57,719 nt of DNA from Oscillospiraceae bacterium (GCA_017473015.1 JAFUNP010000006.1:1-57719); one strand, 5' to 3'. Positions 30,540-40,861 are shown, counted from the first letter of the stretch. Notes: a model not told the origin generated them from the sequence alone. Translations and numbers: made by a program.

Positions 30540-31110
30540 TTTACACCGGGTATTTTTTTATTCCATAACTTTTCAACTTTTTAAACATTTTTAAACTTTT
30601 AGATGTTGAAATGAGAAAATAATACATAACTATATAATACATAATTTCACACTTTGGCACAAAATTGACCACCGGTTTTACTATTTGTAAAGTTTTAAAC
30701 AAAGTTTTCAACACCATGTTGAAAACTAAAATTAAATAAAAATGCTTATTTTTGGGCAAAAACACTGATTTTGGTAAAAAATGGCAGTTGAAAATTTTTT
30801 CGCCGTTTTACTATCTGTAATTTTCCACAGTTTTTAACATTTTCAACAGAGTTTTCAACATTTTCTCAGTTTTCAACGAAAAAATTAAGTTTTTATCATT
30901 AAATTGTTGAAAACTCTGTTGAATTCGTGGAAAACTATACCCAAAAACTACATTTTCAACTGGAAATCCGGTCCGTAATCCAATATTTTGGCAAAAATAT
31001 GTGGAAAACATTCTATATATAGTGTAAAATAAAAATCAGATTAAAAGTTAAGGGGATGTTAAAAACTGTGGAAAAATTGCTATTTTCTCAACAAATTTAC
31101 CATTTTGGCG
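30540..31110. promoter_or_regulatory. Second DnaA-box-like cluster (about 16 copies of TGTTGAAAA/TGTGGAAAA in both orientations) downstream of jag/tRNA-Thr
   Basis: Examples: ttttcaacagagttttcaacattttctcagttttcaacg, ttgttgaaaactctgttgaattcgtggaaaact, tatgtggaaaac, ctgtggaaaaa. Positionally analogous to the B. subtilis jag-thdF DnaA-box cluster. Extends into the first 50 nt of the queG ORF. Confidence 0.6.
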
Positions 31111-31856
31111 TCGTAAGTTTTCAACATTTAAACATTCTGAATGTCCGTTCAAAATCCAGAATTCCACCGGATTGTACCGCAGCAATCGCCATAATTTTTC
31201 CTTATTACAACAAAAATGCCTTTATGGGAAACATCAGTGCATATTGCAGTGTCCCGGACTATCACATTGTGGTTATGGAACAACTAAAATCCATATGTGA
31301 GAAACTGTCGGAAAAATATCCCGGTCACAGCTTTGTCCCTTTTGTAGACTCCTCTCCCGTAGATGAAGTGGACATGGCGGTGAAGGCCGGTCTGGGCGTA
31401 AAGGGGGACAATGGTCTGCTGATTACCCCCACTTTCGGCTCCTATGTGTTTATAGGTGAAATCCTCACCACCCTGCCCCTTGCCTCCACCTGTCATGCTG
31501 ACCGCGGCTGTCTGCACTGTGGTCGCTGTGCCACTGCCTGCCCCGGCGGTGCCATAGCAGAGGGCCGTGTTAATACAGAAACCTGTGCCAGCCATATCAG
31601 CCAGAAAAAAGGTGAACTGACAGAAAAAGAAACTGATATTCTCTCCCGTGCCCACACCGTTTTCGGCTGTGATATATGCCAGACTGTCTGCCCAATGAAC
31701 AGAAATGTAAAAGAAACCGAAAACCTGTTTTCACAGGATATTATTTCAACAATCACCACGGAAAATGTGGAAAGTCTGTACAAAAACCGTCCTTTCGGCT
31801 GGCGTGGACTACCGGTTCTGAAAAGAAACCTGGAAATTTATTATAACGGCAGATAA
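31056..31856 (+). CDS. queG: epoxyqueuosine reductase QueG (short form)
   Basis: DUF1730-like N-terminus (VPDYHIVV, FVDSSPV...AGLGVKGDNGLLITP.GSYVFIGEILT) followed by two 4Fe-4S motifs CLHCGRCATACPGGAI and FGCDICQTVCPMN, the QueG signature. Start uncertain (internal Met at 31224). Confidence 0.7.
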   Translation: MLKTVEKLLFSQQIYHFGVVSFQHLNILNVRSKSRIPPDCTAAIAIIFPYYNKNAFMGNISAYCSVPDYHIVVMEQLKSICEKLSEKYPGHSFVPFVDSSPVDEVDMAVKAGLGVKGDNGLLITPTFGSYVFIGEILTTLPLASTCHADRGCLHCGRCATACPGGAIAEGRVNTETCASHISQKKGELTEKETDILSRAHTVFGCDICQTVCPMNRNVKETENLFSQDIISTITTENVESLYKNRPFGWRGLPVLKRNLEIYYNGR

Positions 31857-31916
31857 GCGCAGAACCAGTCCCTGTATATTTCAATAAAAAAGACAGGATA
31901 AAATCCTGTCTTTTTT

Positions 31917-32438
31917 TTATTTCAATGTCTGCCATCTGGCGCTGATTTCCCACACAGCTTCGCCTGCGGCCAGTGACCGTGGCACATTTATCACACGCTG
32001 GTTGCTGCTGCCTTTGAAACCGCCGGACAGTGTGCGCTGGGCTAGCACAAAAGGTCCGTCCACCAGTATGTCACACAGCTCCAGCAGTCGGTATTCATCG
32101 CTTGAGCTGTCTTTTGTCAGCTGTTCGTATGTAAAACCGGAATATACCGCTATTTCATATCCGTCGGCTTTCAGCAGCTTTGCCAGCTCATAAAATCCAT
32201 TCCGCTGGCAGAACGGTTCACCGCCGGAAAAGGTGACCCCGCGCACCAGAGGGTCTTTTTTAATCATTTTGTAAATATCCTCCACATCGTATTTTTCACC
32301 GATGCCGAAAGGATGGGTTTCCGGGTTGTGGCAGCCGGGACAGTTGTGTATACACCCCTGGCAGAACACTGCAAATCTCAGCCCCGGTCCGTCTGTAATA
32401 CTGTTTGGTGCAAAGCCTGAAATATCTATAACAGCCAT
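31917..32438 (-). CDS. nrdG: anaerobic ribonucleoside-triphosphate reductase activating protein (radical SAM)
   Basis: 173 aa; FCQGCIHNCPGCHNP cysteine cluster typical of NrdG-type activases. No nrdD in the window. Confidence 0.7.
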   Translation of the reverse strand: MAVIDISGFAPNSITDGPGLRFAVFCQGCIHNCPGCHNPETHPFGIGEKYDVEDIYKMIKKDPLVRGVTFSGGEPFCQRNGFYELAKLLKADGYEIAVYSGFTYEQLTKDSSSDEYRLLELCDILVDGPFVLAQRTLSGGFKGSSNQRVINVPRSLAAGEAVWEISARWQTLK

Positions 32439-32468
32439 ATTGTTTCCCCCTGTAATCCTTTGTTTTCC

Positions 32469-33035
32469 TCAGTCATATTTCTGCCACCGGCTGATTTTGT
32501 GGTTCAGCAGTGCAAAACGGTAATGGTCTTCCCATTTGCCGTTTATCTCCAGACACTGTTTTGACAGTCCCTCGTTTTCAAAGTTGAATTTTTTCATTAT
32601 CCGCAGACTTTTTGCGTTTCTTGGCATAACCTGGGCTTCTATTCTGTGCAGCTCCAGTGTTTTGAAAGCAAAATCAATTATCTCTGCCACCGCCTCACTG
32701 CAATAGCCCTGATTGCGGTAGTCTTTGTCCACTTTATATGACAGTGTACAGCTTTTCACACTGCCGAACATTATCATTCCTATGCACACTGTGCCTATCA
32801 CCTTTTTTTCGCCTTTCAGCGTCATATAATAGCGGAACTCTCTGCAGTGCATAGCGTCCTTGTAGTCCATTCTCAGGTAGGCCTTCTGTCCCTTTTTTGT
32901 AAAAAACATGGATGGGCGCATTGGCTCCACATCCATCAGAGCCTCTCTGTTGCGCATATTAAAATCGGCCACCTCTGCTGCCATACGGGGATTAGCCAGT
33001 GTCAGATACATTCTTTCAGTAACCAGCCTGTACAT
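32469..33035 (-). CDS. GNAT family N-acetyltransferase (RimJ/RimL-like)
   Basis: 188 aa with acetyl-CoA binding motif region (QGYCSEAV...). Confidence 0.75.
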   Translation of the reverse strand: MYRLVTERMYLTLANPRMAAEVADFNMRNREALMDVEPMRPSMFFTKKGQKAYLRMDYKDAMHCREFRYYMTLKGEKKVIGTVCIGMIMFGSVKSCTLSYKVDKDYRNQGYCSEAVAEIIDFAFKTLELHRIEAQVMPRNAKSLRIMKKFNFENEGLSKQCLEINGKWEDHYRFALLNHKISRWQKYD

Positions 33036-33230
33036 AGCTTATACTCTCCTGATTTTTCCTTTATTTTCGCAGAAAAAACAATAATTTAGTATTGTTTTAT
33101 TTTTATAAATATAGTATTATATTTTATTGGGCACAAATGTTTGGTGCCGTCTGTCTGATACAATTAATTATACGACAATCCACCATCGGTATCAAGGCAG
33201 AAAATATACAAAATATAAAGGGGAATTTTA

Positions 33231-34319
33231 ATGTTTTCACATAAAGTAAGGGCAGACAGACTGAGAAAAGTGCTGGAGCTTATCAAAGCTGACGCCTGCA
33301 TAGTAAAAAGCGAAGAAAGCCGCCGCTACCTGACAGGTATCACCACCAGCCAGGGCATGGTGGTAATCACCCGTGCCGGCAACAGATATTTTCTCACGGA
33401 CACCAGCTATGAAGAAATGGCCACCCGTTCACTGTCACCACAGGGCTTTACAGTAAGAACTGTAGGCCGGCAGGCGGAATACGCCATGTTTATCAATGAA
33501 ATTATCCAGGCAGACAAAATCAAAGTGGCACTGCTGGAATCAAACGGTATCAGCCATGAAGAATACCTGGCCTTGGAAAATGCTCTTTACGCCAGAGTGC
33601 TGCCGCTGAAAACCCAGCTGGATAAACTGCGCATGGTAAAAGACCTGGCTGAAGTGGAAAATATAAAAACCGCCCAGAGAATAAATGAAAAAAGCTTTGA
33701 GGACCTGCTGGGTTATATCAAACCGGGCATGACAGAAAAACAGGTACAGGCCAAACTGGTACAGCTGATGCTGGAAAACGGCTCTGACCTTGAAAAATTC
33801 CACATCTGCTGTGTATCTGGTGCAAACTCCAGCCTGGTGCACGGCTCTGCCACAGACAAACGCATTGAAAAAGGCGACAACCTTATGCTGGAATTCGGTG
33901 CAGTGTACAACGGTTACCGTTCAGATATGGCCCGTACCATTTCTATCGGCCAGCCTTCTGATGAATTCAGAAAAGCTTATCAGATAGTACAGAATGCATG
34001 TGTTATCGGTCAGAGATATATCCGGAAAGGTGTTTCCGGCCGTGCGGCAGACAGAGAAATCCGCCGGTACATAGAGGACAACGGCTACAGAAACTATTTC
34101 CGTCACTCACTGGGTCACGGCATAGGTATCCAGCTTCACGAAGGTCCTTATCTTGCACGGGATTCAACAGATGTTCTCACTGTGGGCAATGTGGTTACCA
34201 TGGAACCTGGCATATATATCAAAGGCAGATTCGGTATCAGAATAGAAGACCTGCTGTATATTTCCTCCATGGGTACAGAAAACCTGACCCGTACTACCCG
34301 CGACCTGATTATTCTGTAA
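33231..34319 (+). CDS. Xaa-Pro aminopeptidase (M24 family)
   Basis: Pita-bread fold metal ligands HSLGHGIGIQLHE...E..I.IED. A Creatinase_N-like N-terminus. Confidence 0.85.
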   Translation: MFSHKVRADRLRKVLELIKADACIVKSEESRRYLTGITTSQGMVVITRAGNRYFLTDTSYEEMATRSLSPQGFTVRTVGRQAEYAMFINEIIQADKIKVALLESNGISHEEYLALENALYARVLPLKTQLDKLRMVKDLAEVENIKTAQRINEKSFEDLLGYIKPGMTEKQVQAKLVQLMLENGSDLEKFHICCVSGANSSLVHGSATDKRIEKGDNLMLEFGAVYNGYRSDMARTISIGQPSDEFRKAYQIVQNACVIGQRYIRKGVSGRAADREIRRYIEDNGYRNYFRHSLGHGIGIQLHEGPYLARDSTDVLTVGNVVTMEPGIYIKGRFGIRIEDLLYISSMGTENLTRTTRDLIIL

Positions 34320-34329
34320 AGAATATTAT

Positions 34330-34358
34330 TTTTGCACAGTCACCCGGCTGTGCAAAAT
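34330..34358 (+). terminator. intrinsic terminator after the M24 aminopeptidase
   Basis: ttttgcacagtcacccggctgtgcaaaa hairpin. Confidence 0.6.
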
Positions 34359-34374
34359 TAAGTTAAGGGAAAAT

Positions 34375-34505
34375 CCGTAGGGGACGATGCCCACATCGTC
34401 CCGTTGGCGCTTTGCCGCGGAAGGCGATTTATTCGCCGACCGTGCGCAAATGCGAGCTGTGGCGAAATGCGAGCAAGCCAATACGATGCCCACATCGTCC
34501 CACAG
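34375..34505. repeat. BIME-like element: two direct REP hairpins GGGACGATGCCCACATCGTCCC (34375-34402, 34483-34501) bracketing an 80-bp core
   Basis: The core is the reverse complement of 1945-2030 and the left hairpin equals 1855-1880. Confidence 0.8.
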
Positions 34506-34570
34506 AAATATTTCCCAAACCATAAATAATAAATTCAATCAACATATATAAATATAGAGAAGGAGAAAAA

Positions 34571-36016
34571 ATGAAAAATTCAGCTGCAAAAAGAGCATGG
34601 ATTATTGCAATATCCATGATTTTTATTCTGTTTTTCAAATATCTGCCTGCCCCTGCCGGTATGACCACCGCCGCAATGCAGGTAACAGGTATTTTTATAG
34701 GCGTACTGATTATGTGGATGACCATTTCCATCGACTGGCCAAGTATGCTGTGTCTGGCTGCGCTGGCTTTTGTGCCGGGCATCAGCATGAACAGTATTCT
34801 GTCCTCTGGCATGGGTAACGCCACATTTGCATTCCTTATGTTCACATTCATGTGTACATACACCCTGAGCCAGACACCGTTTATCCGTCGCTGTGCTATT
34901 GCTTTTCTGACAACAAAAACAGCCCAGAAAAGCCCGTGGAGATTTATTATTCTCTATTTTGCCAGCGTGCTGTTCCTTGGCTCATTTATGTCACCAACTG
35001 TTCTGGTGGTTATAATGATAGCTATTACAGAAGAAATCTACGCTGTTCTCGGTCTGGAAAAAGGCGACAAAACTGCGGATATGATGATGATGGGTATGGT
35101 TTTCTGTTCATCTATTTCTGCCGGTATGACACCTATCGCCCATGTGTTCCCTCTTATGGCTATGGGTTATTACACCACAGCCAGCGGCAACACCATCAGC
35201 TATGCTGATTACATGGCTATGGGTATTCCTGTGGGCCTGGTGGCAGCGGTGATTATGGTGCTGATGTTCAGATTTATACTGAAACCTGACCTGTCTGCCC
35301 TGAAATCACTGGATGTTTCCTCACTGAAAGAAACTCTCCCGCCTATGGGCAGAAGAGAAAAATACTCTCTGGCCATTTTCTTCGGCGTGGTTGCCCTGTG
35401 GGTTGTTCCTGGCGTGGTAAGACCATTTCTGCCTCAAGTATATAACTATATCAACAGCTTTGGCACCGCTATGCCCCCTCTGCTGGGTGCTGTGGCAATG
35501 GCTATCGTTACAGTTGACGGCCAGCCTCTGCTCAGCTTCAAGGACGCCACAAGCAAAGGTATCCCATGGGCCAGTCTTATTATGGTTTCTGCCACACTGG
35601 CACTGGGCAGCGTTATGACCAATGCTGATGTTGGCCTGACAGCCTGGATAAGCGACAAAATAGCCCCTGTTACAGCAGGTATGGGCGTAATGGCTCTGGC
35701 ATTCCTCTTTGCGCTGTGGGCAGCGGTACAGACCAACCTGTCCTCAAATATGGTTACAGTTACTGTGGTATGCGCCATCGCTCTGCCTATCTGTATGGCT
35801 ACACCGGGCGTAAACACTGCAGCTATCGCCGCAATTATCGGTATGATGGCCTCCTATGCATTCGCCACACCACCGGCCATGGCCACCATCGTTTTTGCTA
35901 TCGGCTCCGGCTGGACAACCACCACCCAGGTTGCAAAATACGGCTTCCTTCTGATGGCAGCCGGCGTGCTTCTGGCCACATTTATGGGCTACCCTATCGC
36001 CGCAATGGTTATGTGA
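34571..36016 (+). CDS. ion-transporter superfamily permease (ArsB/NhaD/DASS-like anion or citrate transporter)
   Basis: 481 aa, about 12 TM helices, repeated halves. No specific substrate signature recognised. Confidence 0.5.
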   Translation: MKNSAAKRAWIIAISMIFILFFKYLPAPAGMTTAAMQVTGIFIGVLIMWMTISIDWPSMLCLAALAFVPGISMNSILSSGMGNATFAFLMFTFMCTYTLSQTPFIRRCAIAFLTTKTAQKSPWRFIILYFASVLFLGSFMSPTVLVVIMIAITEEIYAVLGLEKGDKTADMMMMGMVFCSSISAGMTPIAHVFPLMAMGYYTTASGNTISYADYMAMGIPVGLVAAVIMVLMFRFILKPDLSALKSLDVSSLKETLPPMGRREKYSLAIFFGVVALWVVPGVVRPFLPQVYNYINSFGTAMPPLLGAVAMAIVTVDGQPLLSFKDATSKGIPWASLIMVSATLALGSVMTNADVGLTAWISDKIAPVTAGMGVMALAFLFALWAAVQTNLSSNMVTVTVVCAIALPICMATPGVNTAAIAAIIGMMASYAFATPPAMATIVFAIGSGWTTTTQVAKYGFLLMAAGVLLATFMGYPIAAMVM

Positions 36017-36176
36017 TAAAAAGATAAAATAAAGCCACCCGCAAGGGTGGTGCTCATAAGACAGTTAACAGTCACAACAGCCTGATCTGCTGTGACTGTT
36101 CTTGTATCATTTGCTTTGGTGTGGTAACATGTAACTAAACAGAACGATAAACTTGAATTTGACAGGAGGAACGAAA

Positions 36177-36422
36177 ATGAAGTGCCCTAAATGTGGAAAA
36201 GATATGATATTGGGAGAACTTGCTAATCATCGTGGAGATATGTCTTTTTACTGGCTACCACAGTCTTTTATAGATAAGCATTGGGCTTTTCCGTATACTC
36301 ACACAAAGAAAACCGTTGAAAATGAAGGTGGAATGATTATTAAGGCGAATAGCAAGGTTAATCAAGTGTCACCTTGCTATGGATGCAAAGAGTGTAATAT
36401 AATCGTAGTGGATTGCAATTAG
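36177..36422 (+). CDS. small zinc-ribbon protein (hypothetical)
   Basis: CPKCG...CYGCKEC double CxxC; 81 aa from the Met with RBS ggagga. Confidence 0.45.
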   Translation: MKCPKCGKDMILGELANHRGDMSFYWLPQSFIDKHWAFPYTHTKKTVENEGGMIIKANSKVNQVSPCYGCKECNIIVVDCN

Positions 36423-36511
36423 GTAAATTCCATTTTGTCGAACGGATAAAGGGCGCACTTCTATACACTTACTGCGTATACCGTGCGATGTACGGTCTTG
36501 CACCGCACCAA

Positions 36512-36775
36512 AGCCTCCCTTGTGTAAAGGGAGGTGGGCCGCCGAAAGGCGGCTCGGAGGGATTGTGCAGCAGGCACTTACCCCAAAGGCAACCCTTCGG
36601 CGAAATCGTACTGCGGTAACAATCCCTCAGTCAAAAATCAAAAGATTTTTGACAGCTCCCTTTGCACAAGGGAGCCTTGGGCGCTCCCACGCCAGTGCAT
36701 AACACAAAAACCGACCTATGATCGTAACCATAGGTCGGTTTAACTGTTTTACGAACCCCCGGCTAAGGGTGGTTT
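36512..36775. repeat. Composite repeat (ctcccttgtgtaaaggga hairpin, ...ccctcagtc..., ctccctttgcacaagggag hairpin, aaaccgacctatgatcgtaaccataggtcggttt hairpin)
   Basis: The final hairpin plus flank is the inverted counterpart of 57597-57650. The head modules match 26742, 57672 and 1775. Confidence 0.7.
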
Positions 36776-37067
36776 TTTATTTATCCTCCGGCTGACAGTT
36801 GGTTTTATAAGGCACAGCATCTTCACTGCCGTCCGCATCCCCGTCCAGGAACAAATCCTTTCCCGGCACATCTGTTTTATAAAAAGTGGTTCTGTTGCCG
36901 TCCACAATTTTGGTTATATAAAAGCTGTCCTCGTATATAATCTTTTCCTTCTCTTTCATAATCTTACCTTTGGATATATTTTAAATACATTTTGTATTCA
37001 TTACCAACATTATAACTTATTTTAGATGCAAAATAAATACAAAATACATTTTATATAAGGTGATTTT

Positions 37068-37235
37068 ATGGCTATTAAAAGTTTATCTATACGAATTGAT
37101 GAAGAAATGCTGCACAAACTTCATGTAGTTGCCGACTATGAAGGGCGCTCTGCCAACAGTCAGGTGCTTATACTTATCCGCGACTGTATCAAAAAATATG
37201 AACAGGAAAACGGCACAATAGAAATAGAGAAATAA
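37068..37235 (+). CDS. ribbon-helix-helix (Arc/CopG/ParD-like) DNA-binding protein, orphan
   Basis: 55 aa MAIKSLSIRIDEEMLHKLHVVADYEGRSANSQVLILIRDCI, the RHH beta-strand/helix pattern. RBS aaggtga; terminator hairpin 37245-37272. Under 60 aa, so absent from the ORF track. Confidence 0.5.
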   Translation: MAIKSLSIRIDEEMLHKLHVVADYEGRSANSQVLILIRDCIKKYEQENGTIEIEK

Positions 37236-37387
37236 AACGGAAAATCAAAACCACCTGTGAAAGTGGTTTTTGTTTCGCAGACATACGGCGTTAGTTCAGC
37301 AGGAACAGCAGATTATAGTTTTGTATTTCGTATTTTTATAACAAAAATCAAAGCTCATAATTAATATAGAACAGTAAATTAAAATCA

Positions 37388-37455
37388 CTGTCATTCTGAG
37401 GAGTGTAACGACGAAGAATCTCCCCCAAGATGACAGCCCAGATATGAATGACACG
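37388..37455. repeat. About 65-bp TGTCATTCTGAG...CGAAGAATCTCC...ATGACAG...AATGACA repeat (copy 2 of 3)
   Basis: Near-identical architecture to 29695-29758 and 45628-45695. Confidence 0.8.
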
Positions 37456-37559
37456 CGGTAGGGTGCAGTTCTCCGCCATTAGTATTTTGCCTATCATTCT
37501 CATACAACAAAACCCCGGTGCCTTGCGGCTGCCGGGGCTTGCTTTTATAACTGTCTGTT

Positions 37560-40109
37560 TTACAGATTTTCATTTTTCAGTGCGTCGATGGTATTTTCCC
37601 GGCTCACTCTGCGTCCGGCGTAATACATAGTGACCGCCACCACTGTCATCACCACTGTAACGGCGATTATTATGCCTTTCAGCGGCAGCACATAGCCGGA
37701 AGAATAACCACTGCTGACAATATCATGTATAATCAGGCTGAATCCCAGCCCCACCGGCACACCCAGTCCGATGGCTCTGATGCCGCACAGCATACATTCG
37801 TACATCATCATTCTGCCCATGCCGCCTCGGGCCATGCCCACGCTGCGCATTACGGCAAACTCTCTGCGGCGCAGATTTATATTGGTGGAAACAGTGTTGA
37901 ACACATTGGCTGCCGCAATCAGCCCTATCAGCACTATAAAGCCCAGAGTAAACACATTTACAATGTTTATAATGGCTCTGCTGCGCCGGTATTCCTGATA
38001 GGTATTCTGAATGCGGGCTGCTGACGGTCCACCGCCCAGCGTACTGTACATTTTCGTTTCTGTGGCATAAGGGTCCTTTGCTGAAAACACCATATTTGTG
38101 TAATGCATATATGGCTCTATTCCCGGTATAACCTTTTCTATCATGCTGTAAGGCATTATCAGCGGCATCTGGGTTTTCATATCTGATATACCATAAGGCA
38201 CATTGTCGCAGAAATCAGCAATATACAGTTTCGTATCGTATTGATATAGAGAAACTGTAACAGGATTCTGCTTCAATGTGTTTACATAGTACGCTCCGGC
38301 ACCTCCGCTGTCCCACAGCTCCATACAGTTGGTGGTATAAGCGACAGGTACTCCGTCCATATACCTTGCCGGGCTGTAGCCGTTTTTCTCCAGCCACCGG
38401 TTATAGTTTTCATCGTCCACAAACACAATAAGAGACTGGAAATAAGTCTGGTCGTCCTGCGGCATATTTTTGTTTGCAGCATCCGGATTTATGCACCACC
38501 GGGCCGCACCGGCATCTGCCATAATAGTGATGTTATAGCCGGATTTATAAATGCCGTTCAGCTTTTTCAGCCTGCTGTAGATTTCTCCCATGGCAGGCCC
38601 CTGGTCATCAGGATAAAATGTGTAGGACAGGTCGTAATCGGTGCTGTCCACCAGGTCGTCTATGCTGCCTTTCAGTTCGGTGGAAAAGCTGTAAGCGGAA
38701 ATAAACAGCACAATGCTGATAAACAGGCTGATAATAGTGGCTCTGTAGCGGCGACGGCTGCGGCGGAAGTTCCTGGCGGCTATCATTCCCTCAAAACGGA
38801 AAATCCTGGCTGCCAGAGGAGAGGTTTTTATATCCTTTTCCCCTATATTTATTTCATTTGTCTGGCGTATAGCCTCTATGGCTGACCCTTGTACCGCCTT
38901 CCACGCCGGTATCAGGGCGGACACCAGTACCGTGATTACACCGGTTATAGCAGGAATAATAACAGAGCGCCATGATACCTCCATTCGGAAATATACATCA
39001 TCGGCCCCCATAAATACCAGCTCTTCGAAGCCTATGCGGAACAGATTTTGCGTCAGGTACAGAGTGGCACCGATACCTGCCAGCCCGGATGCTATTCCCA
39101 ATGGTACAGCTGCCAGGCACAGGGTCAGCGCCTCGTATATCACAGAGCCGAATATCTGTTTTCGGGTTGCGCCCAGGGAGGACAGCAGGCCGAACCGCTT
39201 TGTCCTTTCGCTTACTGAAATGGTAAATGCGTTGTAAATAAGCGATATTGATGCAAATACTATAATGGACATAAGCACACTGCCCAGTCCGTACAGCACT
39301 TTGTTCAGCCCCTTTTCCCGGCTGTCGCCGGTAAAGCGCATCAGGGTGGAATTTATAGTACTGTGTACTCCCTTTGCTTCGCAGATGTCTGCTATTGTGT
39401 AAACATCGTATGGGTCATAGGTGGAAAAGTACACATTCACCGGGTACATACCCGGTATGCCTGACATTGTCAGTGCGCTGTAGCCCGGCGCAGGCCAGTC
39501 TTCAAAGGCCGGTCTTTCATAAAACCCGGTAACAGTGTAGGTCAGGGTTTCATCAATAATCAGTTCCTCTCCGGCGTCCAGCTCGTTGTACTGCCACAGA
39601 GTTTGTGTGCTGTCGCCCCTCTGCATCACACGGTGTCCCACATCCAGGGTGATTTCCTGTCCCAGGCTGAATTCCACGCCGCCGTTGTACTCTATATGCT
39701 CTGGCAGCAGTATTTCAGTGTTATTTTCCGGCAATCGTCCGGACACCAGCTTCACCGGCATGTTGTCAAAAAAGTCGTTGTTTACAGCGCCGATGTAGAT
39801 ATACGGTTTATAGCTGTTTGACCCGCCCTCCAGCATGGCGTAGCCTATGCTTTCAGTGGTGAAATAATTTTTTATCACACTGTCCGACACTATATGTTCA
39901 GCGGTTTTCGGGGTGGTCTGCTGTACTATGCCATGCCAGTTGCCATAGCTGGCCTTTGCGCTGTTCATCAGATACTCCTGGCTGGAGCTGATAAGCACCG
40001 TAACACTGGTCATCATAGACAGTGAAAGTATAATCCCCATTATGGTGACGATGGTGCGGCTGCGGTTGGCGGCCAGATTTTTCAATGTATATCTGCCCAG
40101 AATACTCAC
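37560..40109 (-). CDS. ABC transporter permease, FtsX-like double domain (MacB-type exporter)
   Basis: 849 aa; two FtsX 4-TM modules with large extracytoplasmic domains. Its stop overlaps the ATPase gene. Confidence 0.85.
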   Translation of the reverse strand: MSILGRYTLKNLAANRSRTIVTIMGIILSLSMMTSVTVLISSSQEYLMNSAKASYGNWHGIVQQTTPKTAEHIVSDSVIKNYFTTESIGYAMLEGGSNSYKPYIYIGAVNNDFFDNMPVKLVSGRLPENNTEILLPEHIEYNGGVEFSLGQEITLDVGHRVMQRGDSTQTLWQYNELDAGEELIIDETLTYTVTGFYERPAFEDWPAPGYSALTMSGIPGMYPVNVYFSTYDPYDVYTIADICEAKGVHSTINSTLMRFTGDSREKGLNKVLYGLGSVLMSIIVFASISLIYNAFTISVSERTKRFGLLSSLGATRKQIFGSVIYEALTLCLAAVPLGIASGLAGIGATLYLTQNLFRIGFEELVFMGADDVYFRMEVSWRSVIIPAITGVITVLVSALIPAWKAVQGSAIEAIRQTNEINIGEKDIKTSPLAARIFRFEGMIAARNFRRSRRRYRATIISLFISIVLFISAYSFSTELKGSIDDLVDSTDYDLSYTFYPDDQGPAMGEIYSRLKKLNGIYKSGYNITIMADAGAARWCINPDAANKNMPQDDQTYFQSLIVFVDDENYNRWLEKNGYSPARYMDGVPVAYTTNCMELWDSGGAGAYYVNTLKQNPVTVSLYQYDTKLYIADFCDNVPYGISDMKTQMPLIMPYSMIEKVIPGIEPYMHYTNMVFSAKDPYATETKMYSTLGGGPSAARIQNTYQEYRRSRAIINIVNVFTLGFIVLIGLIAAANVFNTVSTNINLRRREFAVMRSVGMARGGMGRMMMYECMLCGIRAIGLGVPVGLGFSLIIHDIVSSGYSSGYVLPLKGIIIAVTVVMTVVAVTMYYAGRRVSRENTIDALKNENL

Positions 40110-40789
40110 TTTCTTATCACCTCGTCACGCACTATTCTGCCGTCCTGCAAACCGATAATTCTGTCCGCCTGCAGTGCTATGTTTTCGTCATGGGTAATAA
40201 CTATCAGTGTCTGGTTATAGTTTTTGTTCGACAGTCGCAGCAGGTCCACTATCTGCTGGCTGTTTTTGCTGTCCAGGTTGCCCGTTGGCTCATCTGCCAG
40301 TACTATAGCCGGGGCGTTTATCAGCGCACGGCCGATGGATACCCTCTGCTGCTGACCGCCTGACAGCTGGTTTGGCAGATGTTTTTCCCTGCCCTTCAGT
40401 TCCAGCAGCTCCAGCAGCCGGTCAAGCCTTTCCCGGTTTACCTGGCGTGAGTCCAGCAATACCGGCATTGTGATGTTTTCCACCACATTCATAACCGGTA
40501 TCAGGTTGTAAAACTGATAAATCAGCCCCACTTCCCTGCGGCGGAATATGGCCAGCTGTTCATCGCTCTGCCGGTAAATATCCCTGCCGTCCACAAACAC
40601 TTTGCCGGATGTAGGGGTGTCTACACCGCCCAGAATGTGCAGCAGTGTGCTTTTGCCGCTGCCGGATGCACCTATTATCGCCACAAATTCTCCCTGCTTT
40701 ACGGTAAGGGAAACATTGTCCAGAGCCACAACCCTGTTTTCGCCCTGTCCGTAAATTTTACATAAATTTTCTGCACGCAATATTTCCAT
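40106..40789 (-). CDS. ABC transporter ATP-binding protein (MacB/LolD-type)
   Basis: Walker A GASGSGKST, signature LSGGQQQRVSIGRAL and Walker B IVLADEPTGNLD. Confidence 0.9.
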   Translation of the reverse strand: MEILRAENLCKIYGQGENRVVALDNVSLTVKQGEFVAIIGASGSGKSTLLHILGGVDTPTSGKVFVDGRDIYRQSDEQLAIFRRREVGLIYQFYNLIPVMNVVENITMPVLLDSRQVNRERLDRLLELLELKGREKHLPNQLSGGQQQRVSIGRALINAPAIVLADEPTGNLDSKNSQQIVDLLRLSNKNYNQTLIVITHDENIALQADRIIGLQDGRIVRDEVIRK

Positions 40790-40861
40790 CTTTACCCTCC
40801 GGTTTAGTTTATGGTTTTATTATATACCGTCAATATTACTTTAAAGTGACTGCAATATTAC

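Noticed and set aside
23560-31110. Possible CRISPR array from repeated ttttcaaca units
   Set aside because: The repeats are 9 bp, irregularly spaced, in both orientations and without cas genes. Interpreted as DnaA-box-like sites.
30453-31900. Integrative element at the tRNA-Thr 3-prime end
   Set aside because: No integrase, no direct repeat of the tRNA 3-prime end. Downstream genes (queG, nrdG) are housekeeping.
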